DNA from: Planctomycetota bacterium
GTDB lineage: Bacteria; Planctomycetota; UBA8742; UBA2392
Direction of reading: 5' to 3'
NCBI GenBank assembly: GCA_022071975.1
Contig: JAJVIO010000019.1
Span: forward strand, 64,570-128,569
Length of the DNA stretch: 64,000 nucleotides
The notes beneath the pieces were generated by a model. The model was not told the DNA's origin. It saw only the letters and a program-made list of their open reading frames with translations, and made no database searches. Shown piece by piece: positions 35,311 to 42,533 of the stretch. The translations under genes and the position numbers were made by a program. Every line of letters starts with the position of its first letter. The stretch's first letter is position 1.

Positions 35311-36249
35311 ATGTCCAACACGCCCCTGGACGACGACTTGCACGAAACCATGTCGCGCTTCAAGGCGGCGGCGCAGGCCCAGCCCATAGAACTGCCGAAA
35401 GTCGAGCCGCCCGGGCGAATACTGGTCGCCTTCGACCAGAGCAACCAGGACAGTGCGGTGGCGGATGTCGCCCGGGAACTGTGTCTGCGCTTCGGCGCTA
35501 CGGCGGTGCTGACGCTGGCCAACCCGGGGCTCAACGTCGACACTTATCGCCAGCACCTCGAAGGCATGAAGGCGAAGCTGCCCGGTGTGAACTGCGAGAT
35601 CGCGCCGCAGCAGGATGATGAAGACCCCGCTGACGCCATCCTCGATGCCAAGCGCGCGGCGGGTGCAAAGCTCTTGGTCATGGACGCGCCCTACCTCGAG
35701 GACTTCAGCCGCCTCGGGCGCGATTCGGTGGGCAGCACGGCCGAGCGCGTGCTGGCCAAGGCCAGCGTGCCGATTCTGTTCGTGCGCGAGCCGCGCGAGG
35801 GGCTGGCGAACAGCCTGTCCAGGCCGCTGGTCAAGCTGCACGTGCGCCAGGCCGAGGCCGCGCAGGCACTGGCCACGACCTTCAGGCTGGGCGGCAACGC
35901 CGCGCAGTTCCGGGTGCTGTTCGTGGTGGATGCGGCCGCGATGGCTGAAGCCGCCGCCCTGCTGGGCCACGAAGTGGACCCGGCCAGACTGACAGACGAC
36001 GCCCTGCTGGCGGATGCGCAGGCTGCGGCGGGCTCGCTGGTGGCGGCGGCCCAGCGCTGGGCCACGGAGAACAAGGCGGCGCTGAAGGTGGATTTCAAGA
36101 TCGGTAGTGACCCGGACGTCACCGCGCGCGAGGCCAACGACGGCAATCACCTGCTGGTGCTGCCTTGCCCAGCCGACCGCAACACAGCAGCGTACGGCCG
36201 GGCGCTCACTGTGCTGAGACTCAGCAGCGCACCGGTGCTGATGGTGTGA
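35311..36249 (+). CDS. Tandem universal stress protein (UspA) domains
   Basis: ..ILVAFDQS.. and ..GRDSVGSTAERVLAKASVPILFV.. (Usp ATP-binding-like C-terminal motif), then a second Usp-like half. Confidence 0.7.
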   Translation: MSNTPLDDDLHETMSRFKAAAQAQPIELPKVEPPGRILVAFDQSNQDSAVADVARELCLRFGATAVLTLANPGLNVDTYRQHLEGMKAKLPGVNCEIAPQQDDEDPADAILDAKRAAGAKLLVMDAPYLEDFSRLGRDSVGSTAERVLAKASVPILFVREPREGLANSLSRPLVKLHVRQAEAAQALATTFRLGGNAAQFRVLFVVDAAAMAEAAALLGHEVDPARLTDDALLADAQAAAGSLVAAAQRWATENKAALKVDFKIGSDPDVTAREANDGNHLLVLPCPADRNTAAYGRALTVLRLSSAPVLMV

Positions 36250-36257
36250 AATGGGGC

Positions 36258-36282
36258 GTAGGGGCGGCGAGATGCTGCCGCC
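36258..36282. repeat. GC-rich palindromic element, copy c (GTAGGGGCGGCGAGATGCTGCCGCC)
   Basis: Shares GTAGGGGCGG with copies a and b. Shares the 12-mer GAGATGCTGCCG with the reverse complement of 33855-33874. Confidence 0.55.
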
Positions 36283-36399
36283 TGGCCCGACCACCGACCT
36301 CTACTCTTACCAAAACAGTCAACGTGGACACGCGGGGTCCAGTTTCATAATCCCGTTATGTTCTGGCGCTGGTGCCTGGTGAGCCGCTATCCTCTGGTC

Positions 36400-36855
36400 A
36401 TGGAGACCAAGGCCGCACTCGCCTACGTTCGCGAGTTCCTGCGTATTTACTGGGCTAACGAGCACGCGCACGAAGCATGGTCGCGCGAGCTCGAGGCTCA
36501 GCACGGCCTGACCGCCAAGCAGTACGCCCTGCTGCGGGCTGTTGAGCGTTCGCAAGACATCACCACAACCAGTTTGACGGAGCTGCTGGGCAAGGCACAG
36601 CCCGCCATCACCCAGATGTTGAACCGCCTCGAGAAGAACGGCTACATCACCCGCGAGGTCAACCCGGCCGACAAGCGTAAACGCGAGTTGAAGCTGACCA
36701 AGAAGGCGCAGAAGGTGCTGGACAGCGTTGAGCCCGTGGGGCCCACGCGGGTAGCGCTGGCGCTCGAGCACGCCAACGACCGAGAGGCCGGCCAGGTCAT
36801 CAAGTCCATGGAAACCATCCACGACTGGATGACCAAACGCCGCATGGCGCCCTGA
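36400..36855 (+). CDS. MarR-family transcriptional regulator
   Basis: ..LTAKQYALLRAVERSQDITTTSLTELLGKAQPAITQMLNRLEKNGYITREVNPADKR.. is a winged-HTH MarR core. Confidence 0.8.
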   Translation: METKAALAYVREFLRIYWANEHAHEAWSRELEAQHGLTAKQYALLRAVERSQDITTTSLTELLGKAQPAITQMLNRLEKNGYITREVNPADKRKRELKLTKKAQKVLDSVEPVGPTRVALALEHANDREAGQVIKSMETIHDWMTKRRMAP

Positions 36856-36877
36856 GCATGCCGCCGAAACCGCACGC

Positions 36878-37273
36878 TCACTCGGTGAAGGTGGGATTCA
36901 TGGGATCGAACAGGGTGCCGAAGTGGTCTACTGGCTGCTTCAGTGTCTCGATCAAATCCTCGCCCGCCCGGCGCATTTCTTCCCGGTGCTTCTGGGCCAT
37001 CTCCTCGCCGGCGACGTCCGTGTACAGCAGGTGCACCGTGATGAACGCCTTGAAATCCGACAGCTCGATGTACAGGCCGTCGTAGGCCGTGTTGAACACG
37101 TAGCTGAAGGTGCTCTGTTTGCCTTCGGGGATCTTGTTGTTCGGGTAGCCGAAGTGGTGCAGCGCGGCATACATCGCCGCCCAGGGCGCGAGCTCGTATT
37201 CCTCGAGCAGGTCCAGGCGGCCGCGACGATGCTCGTCGATGAACTTCAGTGTGCGCTTGTCGGTCAGATCCAC
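36878..37273 (-). CDS. Hypothetical protein
   Basis: 131-aa ORF downstream of coaC on the same strand with a non-repetitive composition. No recognisable motif. Confidence 0.45.
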   Translation of the reverse strand: MDLTDKRTLKFIDEHRRGRLDLLEEYELAPWAAMYAALHHFGYPNNKIPEGKQSTFSYVFNTAYDGLYIELSDFKAFITVHLLYTDVAGEEMAQKHREEMRRAGEDLIETLKQPVDHFGTLFDPMNPTFTE

Positions 37274-37334
37274 GAGCCGTTCCTGGCCAAGGTGTTAAGG
37301 GGTCAGACCCCACCGGGCTGACGTTACCAACAGT

Positions 37335-37904
37335 CTACCCCGTCACTTTGACATCGTCCAATCCGAGCAGCGCAAACACTTGCTTGGCAATAACTTGCGG
37401 CTCCGACAGGCGGCCTTCTCCCTGCCAGCCGCAGGCAAGGTCGCCGCTTTCGGGCGCGATGAAGTGATAGCCGCGCTCTCGCAGGGTCTTCACGTTTTCA
37501 ACCGTGGCCGGGTTCTTCCACATGCGGGTGTTCATGGCCGGCGCGAACACGATCGGCTTTTCGTCCGGCAGGCTGGACATGATCAGCGTGCTGACCGGCT
37601 CATCGGCGATGCCGTGGGCCGCCTTGGCCAGGATGTTGGCCGTGGCGGGCGCGATCAGCAGCAGGTCAAGCTCGTCAGCGAGGTCGATGTGCTTGGGCTT
37701 GCTGTGCGTGGGCTCCCACAGGCTGGTGATCACCGGGTTGCCTGTCAGCGCCAGAAAGGTCTGCGGCCCCACAAACTGCGTCGCGGAGGGCGTCATGGCG
37801 ACGGTTACCTCCGCGTGGCCACGCAGATACTTGTGCAGCACGGCGATCTTGAACGCCGCGATGCTGCCGCAAACGCCGATCACGATGTGCGGCCGATCAG
37901 CCAT
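37335..37904 (-). CDS. coaC: Phosphopantothenoylcysteine decarboxylase (stand-alone flavoprotein domain)
   Basis: ..IVIGVCGSIAAFK.., ..LLIAPATANILAKAAHGIAD.., ..PAMNTRMW.. are HFCD/CoaC motifs. Only 189 aa, with no CoaB half. Confidence 0.8.
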   Translation of the reverse strand: MADRPHIVIGVCGSIAAFKIAVLHKYLRGHAEVTVAMTPSATQFVGPQTFLALTGNPVITSLWEPTHSKPKHIDLADELDLLLIAPATANILAKAAHGIADEPVSTLIMSSLPDEKPIVFAPAMNTRMWKNPATVENVKTLRERGYHFIAPESGDLACGWQGEGRLSEPQVIAKQVFALLGLDDVKVTG

Positions 37905-38150
37905 CTACTTGCCGGTCTTGATGACCGTCTCGTTGTCTTCGCCGAGCTTGATGAGCCCGCGCTTGAGCTCTTCGACGGCGATGTAGATGAAGTCCTTTTC
38001 GTGCTGCTGGCCGACGCGAACCAGGCGCGGCATGCCGCCCACCAGCTCATTGACGCGGCGCTGCAGCAGCACGGTGAGGCGGAACTTGCCGCCGGCCATG
38101 CTGTAAAGCCCTTCCAGTTCCGGGTAATCGAGTGCGAATGCCATGGTCAC
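37905..38150 (-). CDS. rpoZ: DNA-directed RNA polymerase omega subunit (probable)
   Basis: 81 aa. ..GKFRLTVLLQRRVNELVGG.. resembles the omega core helix. The conserved gmk-rpoZ-coaBC neighbourhood supports the call. Confidence 0.6.
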   Translation of the reverse strand: MTMAFALDYPELEGLYSMAGGKFRLTVLLQRRVNELVGGMPRLVRVGQQHEKDFIYIAVEELKRGLIKLGEDNETVIKTGK

Positions 38151-38166
38151 TCCGTTTTCTAAGAGT

Positions 38167-38235
38167 CCAGAGGTCAGAGGTTGGAGGCCGGAGAACTGCT
38201 TTTCCCTGGCCTCTGACCTCTGGTCTCCGGCCTCT
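38167..38235 (-). repeat. Heptad-periodic hairpin H7 (plus-strand CAGAGGT / GACCTCT units) between gmk and rpoZ
   Basis: CCAGAGGTCAGAGGTTGGAGGCCGGAGAA (38167-38195), loop ctgcttttccct, GGCCTCTGACCTCTGGTCTCCGGCCTCT (38208-38235, overlapping the gmk stop). Confidence 0.8.
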
Positions 38236-38857
38236 AGCTCATATCGAGGCCGGGATACAACGTTTCGCCGGCCTGCTTGCGTTCCAGTAACTTGCGCCTG
38301 GCCTGCTGCACCAGGCTGTGTACTTCTTCAACACAGGTATCGAGGTCCTTGTTCACCACGATGTGGTTGTAGATCTCGGCCGCGACCTGCATTTCCATGT
38401 CCGCGCGTTCAAGCCGCAGAGTCTGCTGTTTAGCATCTTCGGTGCGACGGCCCTCAAGGCGCTTGACCAGTTCTTCTTTGCTGGGCGGCGCGAGAAAAAT
38501 CAACTCCGAGTCATATCCCTTGCCGCGCACCTGCTGTCCGCCGTTCACGTCGATCACCAGCAGGAACGCCTTGCCTGCTTTCAAAGCTTCGCGCAGGGGC
38601 TGTTTCGGCGTACCGTACCAGTTGCCGACGACCTGCGCGTATTCGATCAGTTCGTTCGCGTCACGCAGCTTCTCGAACTCTTCGACGCTGGTGAAGCGGT
38701 AATCCACCCCATCCACTTCGCCACCACGCGGCGCCCTTGTCGTGACGCTGATCGAGCGCAGATAGCCGCCCTTTTCCAGCAGCCGGTTGGCAACAGTCGT
38801 CTTGCCGACGCCCATGGGGCCGGAAAGCACGACAAGGATGCCCGGCAAGTCTTCCAT
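38234..38857 (-). CDS. gmk: Guanylate kinase
   Basis: ..VLSGPMGVGKTTV.., ..TTRAPRGGEVDGVDYRF.., start at MEDLPGILVV (38857). Confidence 0.9.
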   Translation of the reverse strand: MEDLPGILVVLSGPMGVGKTTVANRLLEKGGYLRSISVTTRAPRGGEVDGVDYRFTSVEEFEKLRDANELIEYAQVVGNWYGTPKQPLREALKAGKAFLLVIDVNGGQQVRGKGYDSELIFLAPPSKEELVKRLEGRRTEDAKQQTLRLERADMEMQVAAEIYNHIVVNKDLDTCVEEVHSLVQQARRKLLERKQAGETLYPGLDMS

Positions 38858-38919
38858 TCCAGCGTTCGGAACGCGGACGTCTCGTCCGCAAATGCGGGCC
38901 GGAGGCCCGCGCTCCGCCC

Positions 38920-39801
38920 TCACTCGAGGTTCTGCACCTGTTCCTTGATCTTCTCGATCTCCGACTTCATGGCCACCGCGATCGTTGCCAGCTCAGCGTC
39001 ATTGGCCTTGCTGGCGATCGTGTTGGTCTCGCGCAGCATTTCCTGCGCGATGAAATCCAACCTGCGCCCCACCTCGCCCTTGCCCGCGATCACCTGCTGG
39101 AACTGCTCGCAGTGGTGGGCAAGGCGCGTGGTTTCTTCCGTGATATCACAGCGGTCAGCGAAGAAGGCGACCTCTTTCACCAGGTCGGCCTGCTCCAGCT
39201 TTTGGCCGCTGTCGGCCATCAGCTTCTCGATGCGCGCCTTCAGCTTGTCGCGGTATTCCTCAACCACCTGCGGCGCGCGTTTTTCGACCTCTTTGGCGTG
39301 GGTCGCCACCAGCGCCACCCGTGTGGTCATGTCGGTCATCAGCGCGGCGCCTTCTTTGGCGCGCATTTCCAGCAGGCCTTTCAGCGCCTCATCCATGGCG
39401 CCCAGGGCGGCCTGCTTCAACTGCTCGTCCAGCTCCAGCTTCTCGGACTCTTCCAACACCACGCCCGGCATCGCCAGCAGGTCTTTGAACTCGGGTGCGC
39501 TGCCGCCAACTTCGGCAGCCAGCTTCTTCAAGCGCGGCAGCCAGTCGCGTAGCAGCGGCTCATTCAGGCTGTAGCTGGTTCCGCGCTGCCCGCGCTCAAG
39601 CTGGATGTTGGCGTACACCGAGCCGCGCTGCAGCTTGGCGCGAATTGCCGCCTCCAGTTCAGACTCCAGCTCGTTCAGCAGGTCCGGCAGCCGCAGCGAT
39701 ACCTTCAGGAAGCGGTTGTTCACCGACTTCAACTCGACGGTCAGCGCGCCTCCCGGGTGCTGGGCGGTCGCGCGGCCGAAGCCGGTCATTCCGTACGGCA
39801 C
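38920..39801 (-). CDS. yicC: YicC-family stress-induced protein (endoribonuclease YloC/YicC)
   Basis: MPYGMTGFGRA.., ..ELKSVNNRFL.., C-terminal ..EIEKIKEQVQNLE is the family signature. Confidence 0.85.
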   Translation of the reverse strand: MPYGMTGFGRATAQHPGGALTVELKSVNNRFLKVSLRLPDLLNELESELEAAIRAKLQRGSVYANIQLERGQRGTSYSLNEPLLRDWLPRLKKLAAEVGGSAPEFKDLLAMPGVVLEESEKLELDEQLKQAALGAMDEALKGLLEMRAKEGAALMTDMTTRVALVATHAKEVEKRAPQVVEEYRDKLKARIEKLMADSGQKLEQADLVKEVAFFADRCDITEETTRLAHHCEQFQQVIAGKGEVGRRLDFIAQEMLRETNTIASKANDAELATIAVAMKSEIEKIKEQVQNLE

Positions 39802-40122
39802 TTATTCGCCTCCGTCGGCGGGCTGTTCTTCCTGGGTTTCGTCCAGGCCCTTGACGTCGGACTTGGTGCCGCCGGTGCTGACCAGGCTGAATACCAGGGC
39901 CAGAACGATGAAAGTGCCGCCCATGAAGGTGATGACTTTATCCACCACGGCCTGGCCCTTGGTGCCGAAGGCGCCGCCGCCCTCGCCGCCGCCGAAAGCC
40001 GCGCCGATGCCGCCGGCGTCGCTCTGGCGGAACAGCACGAACACGACCAGCGCCACGGCGTTGATCACGAACACGATGGCAAGAATCGTAAGCAGGGTGG
40101 GGTTTGCGGCGGCCAGTGTCAT
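39802..40122 (-). CDS. secG: Preprotein translocase subunit SecG
   Basis: Two TM helices flanking a Gly-rich loop ..GGIGAAFGGGEGGGAFG... 106 aa, adjacent to tpiA as in many bacteria. Confidence 0.8.
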   Translation of the reverse strand: MTLAAANPTLLTILAIVFVINAVALVVFVLFRQSDAGGIGAAFGGGEGGGAFGTKGQAVVDKVITFMGGTFIVLALVFSLVSTGGTKSDVKGLDETQEEQPADGGE

Positions 40123-40838
40123 TTGATCTCCCTCGCTGCGTCGTCGATTGCCCGCAGGCTTTCCAGTTCCAGGCTCGCGCCGCCGACCAGCACGCCGTCA
40201 ACATCCGGCTGCGACATCAGCTCAAGCGCGTTGTCGGGTTTGACGCTGCCCCCGTACAGGATGGGCAGCTTGTTCAAACCCAGCTTCTTCAATTCTTCCC
40301 GGATAAAGGCGTGCATCTCTGCCGCCTGCCCCGGTGTCGCGGTTTCGCCCGTGCCGATCGCCCAGACAGGCTCGTAGGCCACTGCGGCGATTCCTTCCGT
40401 CCCGGCCAGCGTTGACAGGTGGTCCTTCACCACCGCCTGCGCCTTGCCGGCCTTGCGCTGCTCCAGCGTTTCGCCCACGCAGTAGAGCGGCTTCAAGCCC
40501 GCTTCCAGCGCGCGTTTCAGCTTGCGGGCCAGCAAATTGGCGCCCTCGCTGTGGCCATGCCTGCGCTCGCTGTGGCCGACCAGCACCAGACTGCAGCCCG
40601 TGTCGGCCAGCATTTCCGCGCTGACGTCGCCGGTGAAGGCGCCGTCGGCCTCGGGACTTACGTCCTGGGCGCCCAGCTTCAACCCGCTGCCGATCAGCGC
40701 GTCGTGCACCGGCGCCAGGTGCGGAAAGGCCGGAAACAGCCAGCAGTTCCGCCCGTCAGATTTCAAAGCCGAAGCCAACTCCACGGCCGACTGCCGCCTC
40801 AGATTCATCTTCCAGTTGGCGGCAACGATCTTCGGCAA
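40119..40838 (-). CDS. tpiA: Triosephosphate isomerase
   Basis: ..AANWKMN.., ..VGHSERR.., ..AYEPVWAIGTG.., ..ILYGGSV... TTG start. Confidence 0.9.
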   Translation of the reverse strand: MPKIVAANWKMNLRRQSAVELASALKSDGRNCWLFPAFPHLAPVHDALIGSGLKLGAQDVSPEADGAFTGDVSAEMLADTGCSLVLVGHSERRHGHSEGANLLARKLKRALEAGLKPLYCVGETLEQRKAGKAQAVVKDHLSTLAGTEGIAAVAYEPVWAIGTGETATPGQAAEMHAFIREELKKLGLNKLPILYGGSVKPDNALELMSQPDVDGVLVGGASLELESLRAIDDAAREIK

Positions 40839-40999
40839 ATTAGCCCCTTCCCGCCTTCGCCAAGGCTACGGCGGGCAAGCCCCGCCCCGCCTGCGCTAAA
40901 GCTTCGGCGGGCAGGCGAAACGGGCGAAACACGGTAACACCGGCCTAGGCCCTGTAAAGTACGGGCACAGGCTGGTTTGTGACCAAAAACCATGCCCAG

Positions 41000-41128
41000 C
41001 CCGCCACGGGAGTGGCGGGAATCACCTGTGCCAATCGTCCACCTGAGCCCGAGAACATCAAAGCCCAGATGCTTCCAAAATCAGACGGGACCAATGACCC
41101 ACCCAATCCCCGCCACTTCCGTGGCGGG
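41000..41128. repeat. Inverted pair of 20-nt palindromes CCCGCCAC-N4-GTGGCGGG bracketing ~89 nt
   Basis: 41000-41019 (loop GGGA) and 41109-41128 (loop TTCC). Flanks are also inverted copies (CCCAGCCCGCCACGGRAGTGGCGGGRAT). A third related hairpin is at 50307-50327. Confidence 0.65.
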
Positions 41129-41160
41129 CTGGGGCGCAACATCGCTTTCATCGCTACATT

Positions 41161-41844
41161 GTGCCGATGCCAGTGTACGAGTTGCCTGAGGAAATTGCGT
41201 TTCCGGACCCTGCTTTGGCGGAGCCTGATGGCCTGCTGGCTGTGGGCGGCGACCTTTCCGCTGAGCGTCTGCTTACGGCCTACGCGCTGGGCATCTTTCC
41301 CTGGCCGCACCGGGGCTGGCCGATGCTTTGGTTCAGCCCGGACCCGCGCATGGTGCTGTTTCCCGCCGAGCTGAAGCTGTCACGCAGCCTGCGCCAGAGC
41401 ATCCGCAAAGGCCGTTACGAAATCCGCTTCGACACCGACTTCGCGGGCGTGATCGCCAATTGCGCCAAAGTAAAGCGCCCGGGCCAGCGCGGCACCTGGA
41501 TCAGCAAGCCCATGGTCAAGGCCTACACCGAGCTGCACAAGCTCGGTTTCGCCCATTGCGCAGAAGCCTGGCTTGAGGGCAAGCTGGTGGGCGGCGTGTA
41601 CGGCGTGTCGTTGGGCGCCGCCTACTTCGGCGAATCCATGTTCGCCCTTGAGCCCGACGCCAGCAAGGTCGCCTTCGCCGCCCTGGTGGGCAAGCTGAAA
41701 GAGTGGGAGTTTCATTTCATCGACGCCCAGGTTCACACCGCGCACCTGGAGCGCTTCGGCGCGCGTCTGATCCCGCGCGTTGAATACCTGCAACGGCTGG
41801 AGAAAGCCCTGCAAGTTCCCACCCGCCGCGGCCCTTGGATCTAA
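41161..41844 (+). CDS. aat: Leucyl/phenylalanyl-tRNA--protein transferase
   Basis: ..FPDPALAEPDGLLAVGGDLS.ERLL.AY..GIFPW.., ..GESMF... 227 aa. Confidence 0.85.
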   Translation: MPMPVYELPEEIAFPDPALAEPDGLLAVGGDLSAERLLTAYALGIFPWPHRGWPMLWFSPDPRMVLFPAELKLSRSLRQSIRKGRYEIRFDTDFAGVIANCAKVKRPGQRGTWISKPMVKAYTELHKLGFAHCAEAWLEGKLVGGVYGVSLGAAYFGESMFALEPDASKVAFAALVGKLKEWEFHFIDAQVHTAHLERFGARLIPRVEYLQRLEKALQVPTRRGPWI

Positions 41845-42006
41845 GAGCCTGTCTGGATACCCAGAGTGAGACTGATTCGGAGCGCCGGGCGAGTGATGCG
41901 AGGCGCCCGACTGAGGCGTAGCCGCTGCTACGCCGCAGGGAGGGCAACGAAGCAGCGCGAAGCCCGCCGCCCGAATCAGACCGCGAGTGGGTTTCCAGAC
42001 AGGCTC
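41845..42006. mobile_element. MITE-like structured element (about 160 bp) between convergent stop codons
   Basis: Terminal inverted repeats AGCCTGTCTGGA..TCCAGACAGGCT plus inner CTGATTCGG..CCGAATCAG. Nested hairpin GGCGTAGC-cgct-GCTACGCC. Flanked by CTAAG on both sides. Confidence 0.55.
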
Positions 42007-42533
42007 TAAGGCTTGAACACACTTACACTGCAGACGTTGTCAAATGGCAGGCCGGCCGTGCGGTTGGCTGTGCGCACGGATTCGGCGTCCGGCGCCGCGT
42101 AGAGGCACAGCATGCGCTTGCGGTCCTTCGCGAAATAGCTGCGCAGGAACTTCACGCGGTGCTGCTGCAGGCACCAGGCGAAGGCGTCTTCCTGGGCCTG
42201 CACGTCGTCGAACGCAACCGGCTGCTTCCAGCTGCGTGTCACAAGTACCAGCTCACCGGATTCAGGCTGAACCAGGTCGGGCTCCGGCCCGTGCATCGTG
42301 GCGCTGTACACATGGCTGAAGGGCGCGTCGCCGTTGCGATTGGCGGTGCGCACGGATTCAGCGTCAGGTGCGCGGAACACGCAATCCAGCCGGTGACCAT
42401 CACGGGACAGGTAGGCGCGAACGTGTTCCACGCGATAGATGTCCGCGCAGCCCCGCAGCCGCGCGCGCAGGGCCCGGATGTCGTCAAAGTTTACTGCCTG
42501 CGGCAGTTCGCGCTCGACGATGACCCACTCCAT
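42006..42533 (-). CDS. Tandem DUF4242 (SCO4226-like, putative nickel-binding) protein
   Basis: Two repeats: ..RVEHVRAYLSRDGHRLDCVFRAPDAESVRTANRNGDAPF.. and ..RVKFLRSYFAKDRKRMLCLYAAPDAESVRTANRTAGLPF.. ATG overlaps the regulator's TGA. Confidence 0.65.
   Translation of the reverse strand: MEWVIVERELPQAVNFDDIRALRARLRGCADIYRVEHVRAYLSRDGHRLDCVFRAPDAESVRTANRNGDAPFSHVYSATMHGPEPDLVQPESGELVLVTRSWKQPVAFDDVQAQEDAFAWCLQQHRVKFLRSYFAKDRKRMLCLYAAPDAESVRTANRTAGLPFDNVCSVSVFKP

Noticed and set aside
40839-41160. A possible tRNA or small protein gene in the 320-nt tpiA/aat gap (ORFs 40945..41310-, 40979..41374+, 40992..41189+).
   Set aside because: There is no cloverleaf-like sequence (no GTTCGAATC-type T-arm). 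The ORFs translate palindromic repeats and overlap aat in other frames.
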